From a virus (taxonomy: Duplodnaviria > Caudoviricetes): 64,000 nt of DNA. Shown piece by piece: positions 46,565 through 54,759 of the stretch. The notes below the pieces were generated by a model. It saw only the letters and a list, made by a program, of their open reading frames with translations, made no database searches and had not been told where the DNA came from. The position numbers and the translations under genes were made by a program. The stretch spans positions 21,152 through 85,151 of IMG/VR virus record IMGVR_UViG_3300011806_000001; one strand, given 5' to 3'. Positions within the stretch are counted from its first letter, which is position 1. Each line of letters begins with the position of its first letter.

Positions 46565-46885
46565 ATGACCGCTGCAATGTTTATCGGAATGATGACCAGC
46601 CGTCCAAAGGACTCCACAAAGCGTGGCTTTCTTGCTGGCAGCGCGCCTGATGGCGACGGTCAGGATGGCTTGGCAAGAATCAAGAATGTCCCTGGCGTCG
46701 TTCGTATCCAAGTCTATAACCGGGGAACCATGCAGCTAGTTGCAACCACGCGAAGCGCATCTGATGGTACGTGGAAGATCGACTACATCGATCCCACTCA
46801 GGTCTATGTTGTGATCGGATTCGATGATCGAGGGCGAGTGAACGCCGCGATTCAGGATTGGGTCCGCCCGGCGTTACTCGGCTGA
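46565..46885 (+). CDS. Small tail-associated protein
   Basis: SASDGTWKI...YVVIGFD...NAAIQDWV beta-sandwich. Confidence 0.6.
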   Translation: MTAAMFIGMMTSRPKDSTKRGFLAGSAPDGDGQDGLARIKNVPGVVRIQVYNRGTMQLVATTRSASDGTWKIDYIDPTQVYVVIGFDDRGRVNAAIQDWVRPALLG

Positions 46886-46887
46886 CC

Positions 46888-48708
46888 GTGGCGCGTTCTG
46901 GTGAATACACAGGGCTGAATCTCGGGCCGCTGTCGGTTCCCTCAGGGGCTTGGGTTGGGTTGAACCTGGGGATCGAGTGGGACGTCGATCCGCCTGAACC
47001 TCCTGACCCGGTGGAGCGCGGGCTGCGTTCTCTCCGATCCTTGGGATGGACCAAGGCGTCGCGGATGCAGGCGGTCACTGCCTTTGGCTGGTCGAAGGCC
47101 GTGGCCGTTACCAGGGATGCGACGACCGCGTGGCATGGTGTTGCCGAAAACCTGCGCATGGAGCTTGCAGTTCCTTGGGCTTTAGCCCCTTTGATGCAAT
47201 CGGGGGCAGACCTGCGCTGGCGCGCGACGATGTCCCGGCTGCACAAGGTTGGTGCAATGCAGTGGGGGAGCTTGCCCTTGCAGCGCCGCGGGCTGCGGCT
47301 GTATTGGCAAGGTCAAGAGTCCGCCCGACACTGCGCCCGGATCCGCTGGGACGGGGCGCCAGATCTCGCGCAGAGGACGCTGGGCGCGCCATGGATAGGT
47401 GCGCTGGCGACTGTCCGAGAATCTGCAGCTGCGCGATGGGGGCATCCCGGTCTGGCGCGGCGGAATGCAGCCCTGCCTTGGGGTAGTGCGCGCCGGACTC
47501 CGTGGCTTGTTCGTTCTCCTGATACCAAACCACCTGGCCCAGATCCAGATCCGGCGTTCCCTGATGGCGAATTCATTCCGCTTTGGCTGGGTTGCGGGGT
47601 AATCGGTGTTCCGGGCCTCGTGCCGCTCAATCTCGGCGTGACCGCTTGCTACCTGGTCCGCCCGCAACGAAGGACATACGTCGTGATCAACAACGTCTCC
47701 GTGGTCCGCTTGCCGGACCGCACCCCAATCCAAGTGGAGAGCATCTCCATCTCCTCCAGCGTGGATGCTTGGGGCAGCAGCTACGACATCGAACTGGCCG
47801 ACAGCGCGCAGCTCGCGCTGCTCAAGCCGACGGCGGCCGGGCCGCGCCTGATTGAAATCAACCTCAACGGCTACGTCTGGACGGCCGTCATGGAGAGCTA
47901 CAGTGGCCGCCGGGAGTGGAGCCGTACTGGCGCAACCCTGGCGGGCCGGTCGCGCACTGCGTTGCTTGCCGGGCCCTACGCGCCAGGCCGGGTGAAGGCG
48001 ACCACCGAAGAGCGCAGCATGGCGCAGCTGGTCGACGAAGAACTCGCCGACACGGGCTTCACCGCCAGCTATGACACCGTGGATTGGTTGGTGCCGCCGG
48101 GTGCCTGGTTCTACGACGCGCTGCCGGCGTTGGATGCCATCAGCCGTCTGGCCGAGGCCAGCGGGGCTGTGGTCCAGTCGGATCCGGCCGAGCCCACCCT
48201 GCGGGTGCGAGCGCGGTATCCGGAGAGTCCCTGGGACTGGCGCGATCGGACCCCGGCGCACGTGCTGCAGGAGGACATCATCACGAATGAGAGCCTCCAG
48301 ATGCGCAGCGCGCCCCTGTACGACGCCGTCGTCGTCACCGGTGAGCTGGCGGGGAAGGGCGTCACCTGCAAGGTGCGCCGCGCTGGCGAGGCCGGCCAGC
48401 TGTTCGCTCAGCAGGTGAGCAGCCCGCTGATCAACACCGCCGGCGCCGGTGCCGAGCGGGGCCGCAACATCCTGGCGGACCGCGGCGAGCAGGCGGCCAT
48501 CGATCTGGTGGTGCCCCTGTTCACCGCACCGCTGCGGCCGGGCGAGATCGGCCGGATCCTGCCGCTCGACCTGGTCGAGGTGGTGGGGGAGGAAGGCAAG
48601 TGGCACGGCCTGTGTACGGCCGTCCGGACCGAGGCGCGCATCGGCGAGAAAGCCGTCGTGATCGAGCAGACCATCACCCTTGAGAGGCACTACAGCGATG
48701 CGGACTGA
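46888..48708 (+). CDS. Tail-tip hub protein with Trp-periodic N-half
   Basis: C-half (VVINNVSVVRLPD...YDAVVVTG) is hub-like; N-half has Trp about every 14-15 aa. Confidence 0.7.
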   Translation: MARSGEYTGLNLGPLSVPSGAWVGLNLGIEWDVDPPEPPDPVERGLRSLRSLGWTKASRMQAVTAFGWSKAVAVTRDATTAWHGVAENLRMELAVPWALAPLMQSGADLRWRATMSRLHKVGAMQWGSLPLQRRGLRLYWQGQESARHCARIRWDGAPDLAQRTLGAPWIGALATVRESAAARWGHPGLARRNAALPWGSARRTPWLVRSPDTKPPGPDPDPAFPDGEFIPLWLGCGVIGVPGLVPLNLGVTACYLVRPQRRTYVVINNVSVVRLPDRTPIQVESISISSSVDAWGSSYDIELADSAQLALLKPTAAGPRLIEINLNGYVWTAVMESYSGRREWSRTGATLAGRSRTALLAGPYAPGRVKATTEERSMAQLVDEELADTGFTASYDTVDWLVPPGAWFYDALPALDAISRLAEASGAVVQSDPAEPTLRVRARYPESPWDWRDRTPAHVLQEDIITNESLQMRSAPLYDAVVVTGELAGKGVTCKVRRAGEAGQLFAQQVSSPLINTAGAGAERGRNILADRGEQAAIDLVVPLFTAPLRPGEIGRILPLDLVEVVGEEGKWHGLCTAVRTEARIGEKAVVIEQTITLERHYSDAD

Positions 48709-48931
48709 ACTGTGGGATCAATTCGACGGGCTGGTCAGCGCCAGCCCGCGCCTGCTGGCGACGGTCACCGCGCACAATGCGGATGGAACCAGCAGCCTGA
48801 CGACCTATGACGGGGCCCAGATGCGGGCTATCGGGATTTTAGGGGGTGCGATCCCCTACAACGTTTGGGTAAAGGGGGGGAGGGTAATTGAAGCAGCGCC
48901 AAATTTGCCCATTCACGAGGTCGCCATCTAG
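48698..48931 (+). CDS. Small tail protein
   Basis: Overlaps the hub gene; last virion gene of P2. Confidence 0.6.
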   Translation: MRTELWDQFDGLVSASPRLLATVTAHNADGTSSLTTYDGAQMRAIGILGGAIPYNVWVKGGRVIEAAPNLPIHEVAI

Positions 48932-48992
48932 CTGAACGCTGGGGGCAGATTGAGTAGGATAGGCCGTTCAGGAAGAATGGATGCGAACAGCG

Positions 48993-49610
48993 ATGACTGT
49001 TAAGAAGGCTTATCACATCACGGATGTGGGGAACTTGGCGGGCATCATCGCCACCACAGGATTGGTGTCAGACGCTAGGATGCAGGGTGTCCCGTCTACG
49101 GCGATCGGATACGGTCACATCAAGGAGCGGCGGCTCAAGGAATTCAAGGTTCCTTGCGCTGTGGGCCAGCCCTTCGTGGGCGAATTCGTGCCGTTCTACT
49201 ACTGCCCGCGTTCGGTGATGCTCTTCACGGTGAACAGGGGGGCTACGGGCCGACCGGAGGGTTGCCAACGGACAATCCTGCATCTTGTCACCGACACCGA
49301 TATGCTTATCGCCGGGGGAAGGGAGTGGGCGATCTCTGACGGCAATGCTGGCGCCGCCCACACTTCGTTCTACAATAGCGTAAGTGCTCTTGACCAGCTG
49401 GACTGGTCCTCAATTCGAGCAACTTACTGGAGCGGTAAGCAGCATCAGAAAGCTGCTGAATTTTTGGTTAGGGATTTTGTTCCTTGGTCTGCTTTCACTG
49501 AAGTGGCCTGTTATGACGATCAAGTTGCAGTGCAAGTGACCAATATAATTCAATCTGGTGGCAGTCCGCACCGACCTTTAGTTACTGTCAAAAAAGAGTG
49601 GTACTACTGA
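48993..49610 (+). CDS. darT: DarT DNA ADP-ribosyltransferase toxin (DUF4433/DarT2 type)
   Basis: YHITDVGNL, IKERR, FVPFYYCPRSVML, SDGNAG, catalytic AEFLV. Confidence 0.9.
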   Translation: MTVKKAYHITDVGNLAGIIATTGLVSDARMQGVPSTAIGYGHIKERRLKEFKVPCAVGQPFVGEFVPFYYCPRSVMLFTVNRGATGRPEGCQRTILHLVTDTDMLIAGGREWAISDGNAGAAHTSFYNSVSALDQLDWSSIRATYWSGKQHQKAAEFLVRDFVPWSAFTEVACYDDQVAVQVTNIIQSGGSPHRPLVTVKKEWYY

Positions 49611-50680
49611 TGATTAACATTGCGCATGGAAATTTGTTGGCTGCCAATGTCGATGCATTGGTTAACACGGTGAACACCGAAGGTGTCATGGGCAAGGGGA
49701 TTGCGCTTCAGTTCAAGCGTGCATATCCGCGCGTCTACGATCTCTACCGGGCTGACTGCAAGGCAGGCCGGGTGGATGTTGGCAAGATGCACGTGGTTGA
49801 CTTGGGTGCCATGGGTGGTGGTGCCCGTTGGGTGATCAACTTCCCGACCAAGCGTCATTGGAAATCCAAAAGCAAGATCGAAGATATTCGATCTGGGCTA
49901 GTTGCGCTTCGTCGCGAGATCATCGATAGAGGCATCCAATCCATCGCGCTGCCACCCTTGGGCTGCGGGAATGGTGGTCTTTCGTGGAGCGAAGTGGAGC
50001 CTATGATCAAGGCCGAACTAGGTTCCTTAGAGTCAGTGAGGATTGAGTTGTTCGCGCCATCGGGGGCACCTGAGGCTGCGGCGATGCCGAATGCGACTAA
50101 GAAGCCGGATTTGACGCCAGGGTCCGCCGCCGTCGTTGCGCTGATGTCGCGCTACAAAAGCGCGATGTTAGACCCGCTGATCAGCCTGCTCGAAGTTCAC
50201 AAGCTGATGTATTTCCTTCAGGAGGCCGGTGAGCCCTTGAAGTTGAAGTATGACAAAGGTTCGTTCGGCCCCTATTCGCCCACTCTGCGGCATGTTTTAA
50301 ACAGGGTGGAGGGCCATTATTTGACCGGGTACGGGGATGGGCAGGATAAGCCGACTAAGCCGATCAGCTTTGTTGGAAATGCCGAGGATGAGGCGTTTGA
50401 CTTCCTGGCGGAACGGTTCAGCACCCAGGCAAACATGGAGCGGGTATCCGCCCTGATTGACGGGTATGAGGATCCATATGGCCTCGAGTTACTGGGGTCC
50501 GTGCATTGGGTGATGATGCAGGACGCTGCGACCATCAACTCTGTCGAGCGAGCGATTGAGGCAGTGCACGCTTGGAACCCGCGCAAGGCTGCCTTGATGA
50601 AGCCAGATCATGTTGAACGAGCTTGGTCGAGGTTGAAGGCGCATGAGTGGGATAGATTGTCGCGAAGCGCGGTGCATTGA
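49610..50680 (+). CDS. darG: DarG macrodomain antitoxin
   Basis: GNLLAANVDALVNTVNTEGVMGKGIALQFK macrodomain; INFPTKRHW; C-terminal HKLMYFLQEAGEPLKL...GPY; TGATG coupling. Confidence 0.92.
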   Translation: MINIAHGNLLAANVDALVNTVNTEGVMGKGIALQFKRAYPRVYDLYRADCKAGRVDVGKMHVVDLGAMGGGARWVINFPTKRHWKSKSKIEDIRSGLVALRREIIDRGIQSIALPPLGCGNGGLSWSEVEPMIKAELGSLESVRIELFAPSGAPEAAAMPNATKKPDLTPGSAAVVALMSRYKSAMLDPLISLLEVHKLMYFLQEAGEPLKLKYDKGSFGPYSPTLRHVLNRVEGHYLTGYGDGQDKPTKPISFVGNAEDEAFDFLAERFSTQANMERVSALIDGYEDPYGLELLGSVHWVMMQDAATINSVERAIEAVHAWNPRKAALMKPDHVERAWSRLKAHEWDRLSRSAVH

Positions 50681-50717
50681 GCCTCTGGCGCGCCCTGTGT
50701 CCGGTAGAAGGCTTCGC

Positions 50718-51383
50718 TCACGCCACCTGGTCGAGTAGCCTGGCCTGGTTGTTTTTGGGGGTGTTCACCGCACGGCTGACGCGGTAGGCCTCCATCGCTG
50801 GCGGCTCGCTGGCCAGCAGCATTGCCATTGCGTCATCGGGCTCTGCAGCCATCCACTCATCGGCCTGGCCCGCCGTCAGCCACACCGGCATGCGGTCGTG
50901 GATATCGGCCGACACGCCGCTGCTGTCGCCGGTGATCACCGTGAATGTGCCCAAGTTCTCGGGATCGAGCAGGGGGCTGGTGTCTTCCCACAGGCCGGCG
51001 GCCAGCAGCGGCCCGGTCGCGTGGATGAACCACGGGTCCTTCTTGCCGTCCTCGGCGTTGACCGACCACTCGTAGTACCCGGCCATGGGGATCAGACAGC
51101 GGCGCTTCTTGAACGCCGACCGGAATGCCGGCTTGGTGGCCGCGGTCTCGATGCGCGCATTGATCGTCGAGCCCTGCAACTTCTTCGCCTTGGCCCAGAA
51201 CGGCAGCAGGCCCCAGGACAGCCGCGTCACCTGCAGGCCGGTGCCGCGATCGAGGATCACGGATGCGCGCTGGGTCGGCGCCAGGTTGTAGCTCTCCGGG
51301 ATCGACATCAGGTTGCCGACCAACTGGGGGAACCCCAGGGTGTCAGCGTTTCGGATTGGGGTTTGGACAAATCGGCCGCACAT
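50718..51383 (-). CDS. SRAP-domain protein (SOS response-associated peptidase, YedK/HMCES family)
   Basis: N-terminal MCGRF, YNLAPT, WGLLPFW, INARIET, RRCLIP..GYYEW, IHDRMPV. Confidence 0.95.
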   Translation of the reverse strand: MCGRFVQTPIRNADTLGFPQLVGNLMSIPESYNLAPTQRASVILDRGTGLQVTRLSWGLLPFWAKAKKLQGSTINARIETAATKPAFRSAFKKRRCLIPMAGYYEWSVNAEDGKKDPWFIHATGPLLAAGLWEDTSPLLDPENLGTFTVITGDSSGVSADIHDRMPVWLTAGQADEWMAAEPDDAMAMLLASEPPAMEAYRVSRAVNTPKNNQARLLDQVA

Positions 51384-51628
51384 GACCGAACCATACCCCC
51401 TGCCAGCGGCCGGGACCTTCGCGCGGTGTGCACTCCGACGGCGGGAGGCGGCCGATCCCCACACGCGGGCGGGAACTCGACCTGTATCGCCGCGGGGTGT
51501 GCGCGGGCAATCTGTATTCGCTGGATCCGGGAGCCGCAGGCAGCTCAGCCCGGGTGATGGAGCGGCCTGAGCAGCCGCCCCGCCGGCACCGTCGCAACCC
51601 CTGAGACGCCCGGGCGTATCCTGCGGGC

Positions 51629-51814
51629 ATGGACACCCCTGACAAGCACGATCCGCCCGACCGCCCGGACCCTACGAAGCTGGCGCCGGGCTATTCCCAC
51701 CTGCTGATGCGCGACACCCGCACCCCTGAGGAACGGCTGGCCGCCTCGTTGAAGGAGTCGGCCAGGCGCAAGGGGAGGGGGCGGTCGAAGTGGTGGGAGA
51801 AGGTTGGCGACTGA
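51629..51814 (+). CDS. Conserved 61-aa hypothetical protein next to attR (homolog of 12374-12562)
   Basis: DRPDPTKLAPGY.HLL..DTRTPEE.LAASLKESARRKGRGR.KWWEK shared with the P1 copy. Confidence 0.75.
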   Translation: MDTPDKHDPPDRPDPTKLAPGYSHLLMRDTRTPEERLAASLKESARRKGRGRSKWWEKVGD

Positions 51815-51836
51815 TGCCTTCTCTCGGCCCCTGGGG

Positions 51837-51898
51837 CTCCGTAATTGAGCAAGGCCCACCACTGCGATGCAACGGTTTCGGGAGTGGCGTCCGTAATT
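51837..51898. promoter_or_regulatory. Integrase arm-type sites, P2 right arm
   Basis: CTCCGTAATT (51837) and GTCCGTAATT (51889) match the left-arm motif. Confidence 0.6.
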
Positions 51899-51938
51899 CA
51901 AAATCATACATGTGCTTGATTTGGCATGCCTTGGGCCT

Positions 51939-51996
51939 AGACTTTTAATCTTTTGGTCGATGGTTCGAATCCATCACGGCCCACCAATTGCATCAA
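51939..51996 (+). repeat. att core, copy 2: tRNA-Lys 3' fragment; P2/P3 junction
   Basis: Identical 58 nt to 12664-12721. Confidence 0.95.
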
Positions 51997-52002
51997 AGAC
52001 TT

Positions 52003-52028
52003 AAGGGGCGCTCTATGCGCCCTTTTTG
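52003..52028 (+). terminator. Terminator hairpin after the tRNA fragment, overlapping the int stop
   Basis: AAGGGGCGC-TCTAT-GCGCCCTT followed by a T run. Confidence 0.65.
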
Positions 52029-53206
52029 TTGCCTCCTGAAAACACTCCTGAAAACGATGGGAGTTTTGCAGGTTCCACGAGGGGCACTTCGTGGTCGTAT
52101 CGCTGCCGCATACGTTCGGATTTGTGGCCTCCGGACGCCTTGTCTTTGCTGTCGGTGATGCCGCGGTGCTTGATGCCATGGAGGGTGAAGTGCTCGCTCT
52201 CCTGCAGCAGGGAAACTCCGTCCTCATCTGGCTTCATCGCCAAGGCCATGAGCCGCTGCCAAGCTGTGTCGAGCGCCGACTTTGACAATGGCGTGCCACG
52301 CTGACTGACCACCAGGAAGCGCAGTTCCGGTCGAAGCTGCGCAGGCCTGTCATGCCGCTTCTCGGCCTCTTTCCGAAGTTTGACCAACGCGTCCCATGCG
52401 TCACGCAGCTCCGGTGTCCAGCGCGTCACGTTGTCCCGGCTTCCCTTCCGACGGTTACTCAGCACTCCGTCATCGGTTGCGTTGGCGTCGGTCAGGGTCA
52501 CAGCTTCAATGCCGCGCAGGCGGCATGCGTAGGCGATGATCATCAGGTGGCCCAGGTAGGGGGCGACACTCCCCTCGGTGTGCGCCTTGCGCTCACCCCG
52601 GGCGATAGCGAAGTGCGCCACCTTGCTGAATGTCTCGGGCGTAGGCATTTTGAACTGGCCGCGTTCCTTGACCTGCGCCGCCCCGCTGGCGGGGTTGTTC
52701 TGGCACGCCCCGTGCTGCACGCCCCAAGCGAACACACGGCTCAGGTATCGCAGGAGGTGGTTCGCCTTCGATGGCATGCCGCGTACTTCGCCCCGACCCT
52801 TGGCGATCACCTCAACAATCCGCTGAATCGCTGGCACCGACAGCCTCGAGACGGCCAGCTTGTCGAGGGTCAGGCCCAGGCCGGTCTTGTATGTTCGCAC
52901 TACCTGTCGCTGGTGCTCGTAGCCCTTTCTTGTGCCGGCAGACAGCTCAGCAAACTTGGTGCTCTCGTGAAACCGGTCCATTACGTAGCCCACGGTGCCG
53001 CGCGCGGCCGTGCCCGCGCGGGCTTCCATAATCGCGTGCAGGTCGGACAGGAGCGCCTTTGAACTGGCCACGGTCACAGCCTTGCGAGGAAACTCGAGCA
53101 CGTACCACCGTCCGTTGCCGGAGGAATCCCAGTAGACCCCTTTCGGAATCTTGGGTTGGTCGATGTGGGCAGGGATGGTGGGGTTGTGCTTGCGTGGCCG
53201 TGGCAT
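52013..53206 (-). CDS. int: Tyrosine integrase of P3
   Basis: CRLRGIE, HGIKHRG, GHKS...RYD; homolog of the P2 integrase. Confidence 0.95.
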   Translation of the reverse strand: MPRPRKHNPTIPAHIDQPKIPKGVYWDSSGNGRWYVLEFPRKAVTVASSKALLSDLHAIMEARAGTAARGTVGYVMDRFHESTKFAELSAGTRKGYEHQRQVVRTYKTGLGLTLDKLAVSRLSVPAIQRIVEVIAKGRGEVRGMPSKANHLLRYLSRVFAWGVQHGACQNNPASGAAQVKERGQFKMPTPETFSKVAHFAIARGERKAHTEGSVAPYLGHLMIIAYACRLRGIEAVTLTDANATDDGVLSNRRKGSRDNVTRWTPELRDAWDALVKLRKEAEKRHDRPAQLRPELRFLVVSQRGTPLSKSALDTAWQRLMALAMKPDEDGVSLLQESEHFTLHGIKHRGITDSKDKASGGHKSERMRQRYDHEVPLVEPAKLPSFSGVFSGGNKKGA

Positions 53207-53445
53207 TACGCGATGTCCTCGGGTGAATATTGCGCTTCGACGGCACCCGGCTTCTTCAAGCCCAAGGCGACGTTGAGGGCCTGATGTGTGGTCCAGATTC
53301 CGCCGCAGCCGTCATACCGATAGGCTATACCTTCCCGATCCGCCCATGCCTCAACAGTGGCGCGGCGGGGGTTCTTGCCCGGTTGGCACATCTGCTGCAG
53401 GTCCCGGAACGTGTATATCTCGGGCAGTTTCTCAGCGGCACCCAT
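53206..53445 (-). CDS. Excisionase-like protein
   Basis: Upstream of int; homolog of 15509-15730. Confidence 0.75.
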   Translation of the reverse strand: MGAAEKLPEIYTFRDLQQMCQPGKNPRRATVEAWADREGIAYRYDGCGGIWTTHQALNVALGLKKPGAVEAQYSPEDIA

Positions 53446-53578
53446 GCGACCCCCGATCGTCTTGGTGGTGAACTCGGCCATATGCCACGGGTTCAATCGC
53501 CGCCCGCACGGCGCAATAATCAATGTGCATCGGGTACCTCTATCAACTCTTGAGACGGCGATCCGTACGATCGCCGCG

Positions 53579-54055
53579 ATGAAAAATCAGTTCGCCAGAT
53601 TCACCCACGCGGAGCTGCGCGCGTCCGCGCTGGGGTATGCCGCTGGGCTTCGGGAGCAGGCGGAAATCCATGACCTCATAGCTGGGAACCGCGCCACTGC
53701 GCGCCAACGGCGCCGCGTATCGCCGGCGCCGGGGAAAGATCGAAGCATGGCCGACCTCTTCGAAGCGCTCGCGCACCAAGTCCATTACGGCGGCAACGTC
53801 GCGGACGGTGCCGAGAAGGCGCTGCAGCAGCCGGGCGCCACACTGTTGTCCGTCTACGGCCCGAAGCTGGCGGATCACCTCCGCAACGCCCGTCACCTGG
53901 TGGTGCTGGAGGCCGCGAACATCACCCTCCGCAGCCGCGCGGATGACTGGTTGGGCGCTGTCGATGGCGGTGTGTCCAGGCACGCGCGCGCGCTGACCAG
54001 CAACAGTGGGCTTGCCGACGTGCTGGCGGAACTGGAAGAAATGCGCCGTCGATAG
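53579..54055 (+). CDS. Hypothetical moron protein (158 aa), antisense to the early operon
   Basis: ATG 7 nt after -10-like TACGAT; helical protein. Confidence 0.6.
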   Translation: MKNQFARFTHAELRASALGYAAGLREQAEIHDLIAGNRATARQRRRVSPAPGKDRSMADLFEALAHQVHYGGNVADGAEKALQQPGATLLSVYGPKLADHLRNARHLVVLEAANITLRSRADDWLGAVDGGVSRHARALTSNSGLADVLAELEEMRRR

Positions 54056-54090
54056 GCCGCTCAGGGCTCTGCTGTAGGCAAGAGTGAGGG

Positions 54091-54348
54091 TCATACCTTC
54101 CAGCCCTCATGCGCGGCTGCCAGCGCATGCAGTTGTCGCTCGTCCATGCTCAACGCCTTGGCGAGGGCCGAGACCTGCCATGGCTGCAACGCCCGTTTAC
54201 CCCTGGCCTTCGACAGTCGCTGCCGCAGAGAATCCGGCCGCATTCCAACTACAGGCGCCAAGGCTGTGAGCGGCACGCCGATGTCCCACGCTCGAAGCTT
54301 GATTGCGCCAGCGAGCGTTTTTGGGTCGTAGCCGTGCTGACGCATCAC
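54091..54348 (-). CDS. Small XRE-like HTH protein
   Basis: LTALAPVVGMRPDSLRQRLS. Confidence 0.6.
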   Translation of the reverse strand: MMRQHGYDPKTLAGAIKLRAWDIGVPLTALAPVVGMRPDSLRQRLSKARGKRALQPWQVSALAKALSMDERQLHALAAAHEGWKV

Positions 54349-54494
54349 ACGTCCTTCCGCAGCCTGGTGCGGAGGTCACGGGGCGGCTGGACGGTGGCTA
54401 GGGTCGCGTATGCAACATCGCAGGGGGAGGGGCGCTTGGATTTGCGGCGGCCGCCTTGTAGGATCAAGCCGACAGCAGGAGCCGAGACATCCGA

Positions 54495-54746
54495 ATGAGT
54501 GAGGGCAAGGTTGGACGACATGTCGAGCAGCGGTTCGACATTGATGGCCACCACTACACGGTCAGCACCATCGTTCGAGACCATGGTGTAACCGTTGAGG
54601 AAGTGACTCTCGACGACGGTGCGCGAGGGTACATTTCGGGGGTTGTTTTTGACTCGGAAGAGAGCGCGATGGAGTCCGCGCACCAACTCGCTCGAAACCT
54701 CATAGAAGGACGACGGCAGCCGATTCAGCCGAAGCCGATTCACTAG
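54495..54746 (+). CDS. Hypothetical moron protein (83 aa)
   Basis: RBS AGGAG, -10-like TAGGAT, opposite strand to its neighbours. Confidence 0.55.
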   Translation: MSEGKVGRHVEQRFDIDGHHYTVSTIVRDHGVTVEEVTLDDGARGYISGVVFDSEESAMESAHQLARNLIEGRRQPIQPKPIH

Positions 54747-54759
54747 AATCACGACCAAT

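Larger units (their letters stand above)
12664..51996. mobile_element. Prophage P2, apparently complete siphovirus-like prophage (about 39.3 kb)
   Basis: Bounded by 58-bp direct repeats; the same arm-type motif CTCCGTAAWT at both ends; integration, immunity, replication, packaging, head, lysis and tail modules present. Confidence 0.95.

Noticed and set aside
51343-51645. 100-aa minus-strand ORF between SRAP and the attR micro-gene
   Set aside because: Overlaps both neighbours' starts and promoters, with low-complexity Arg/Pro/Gly composition; likely spurious or a remnant
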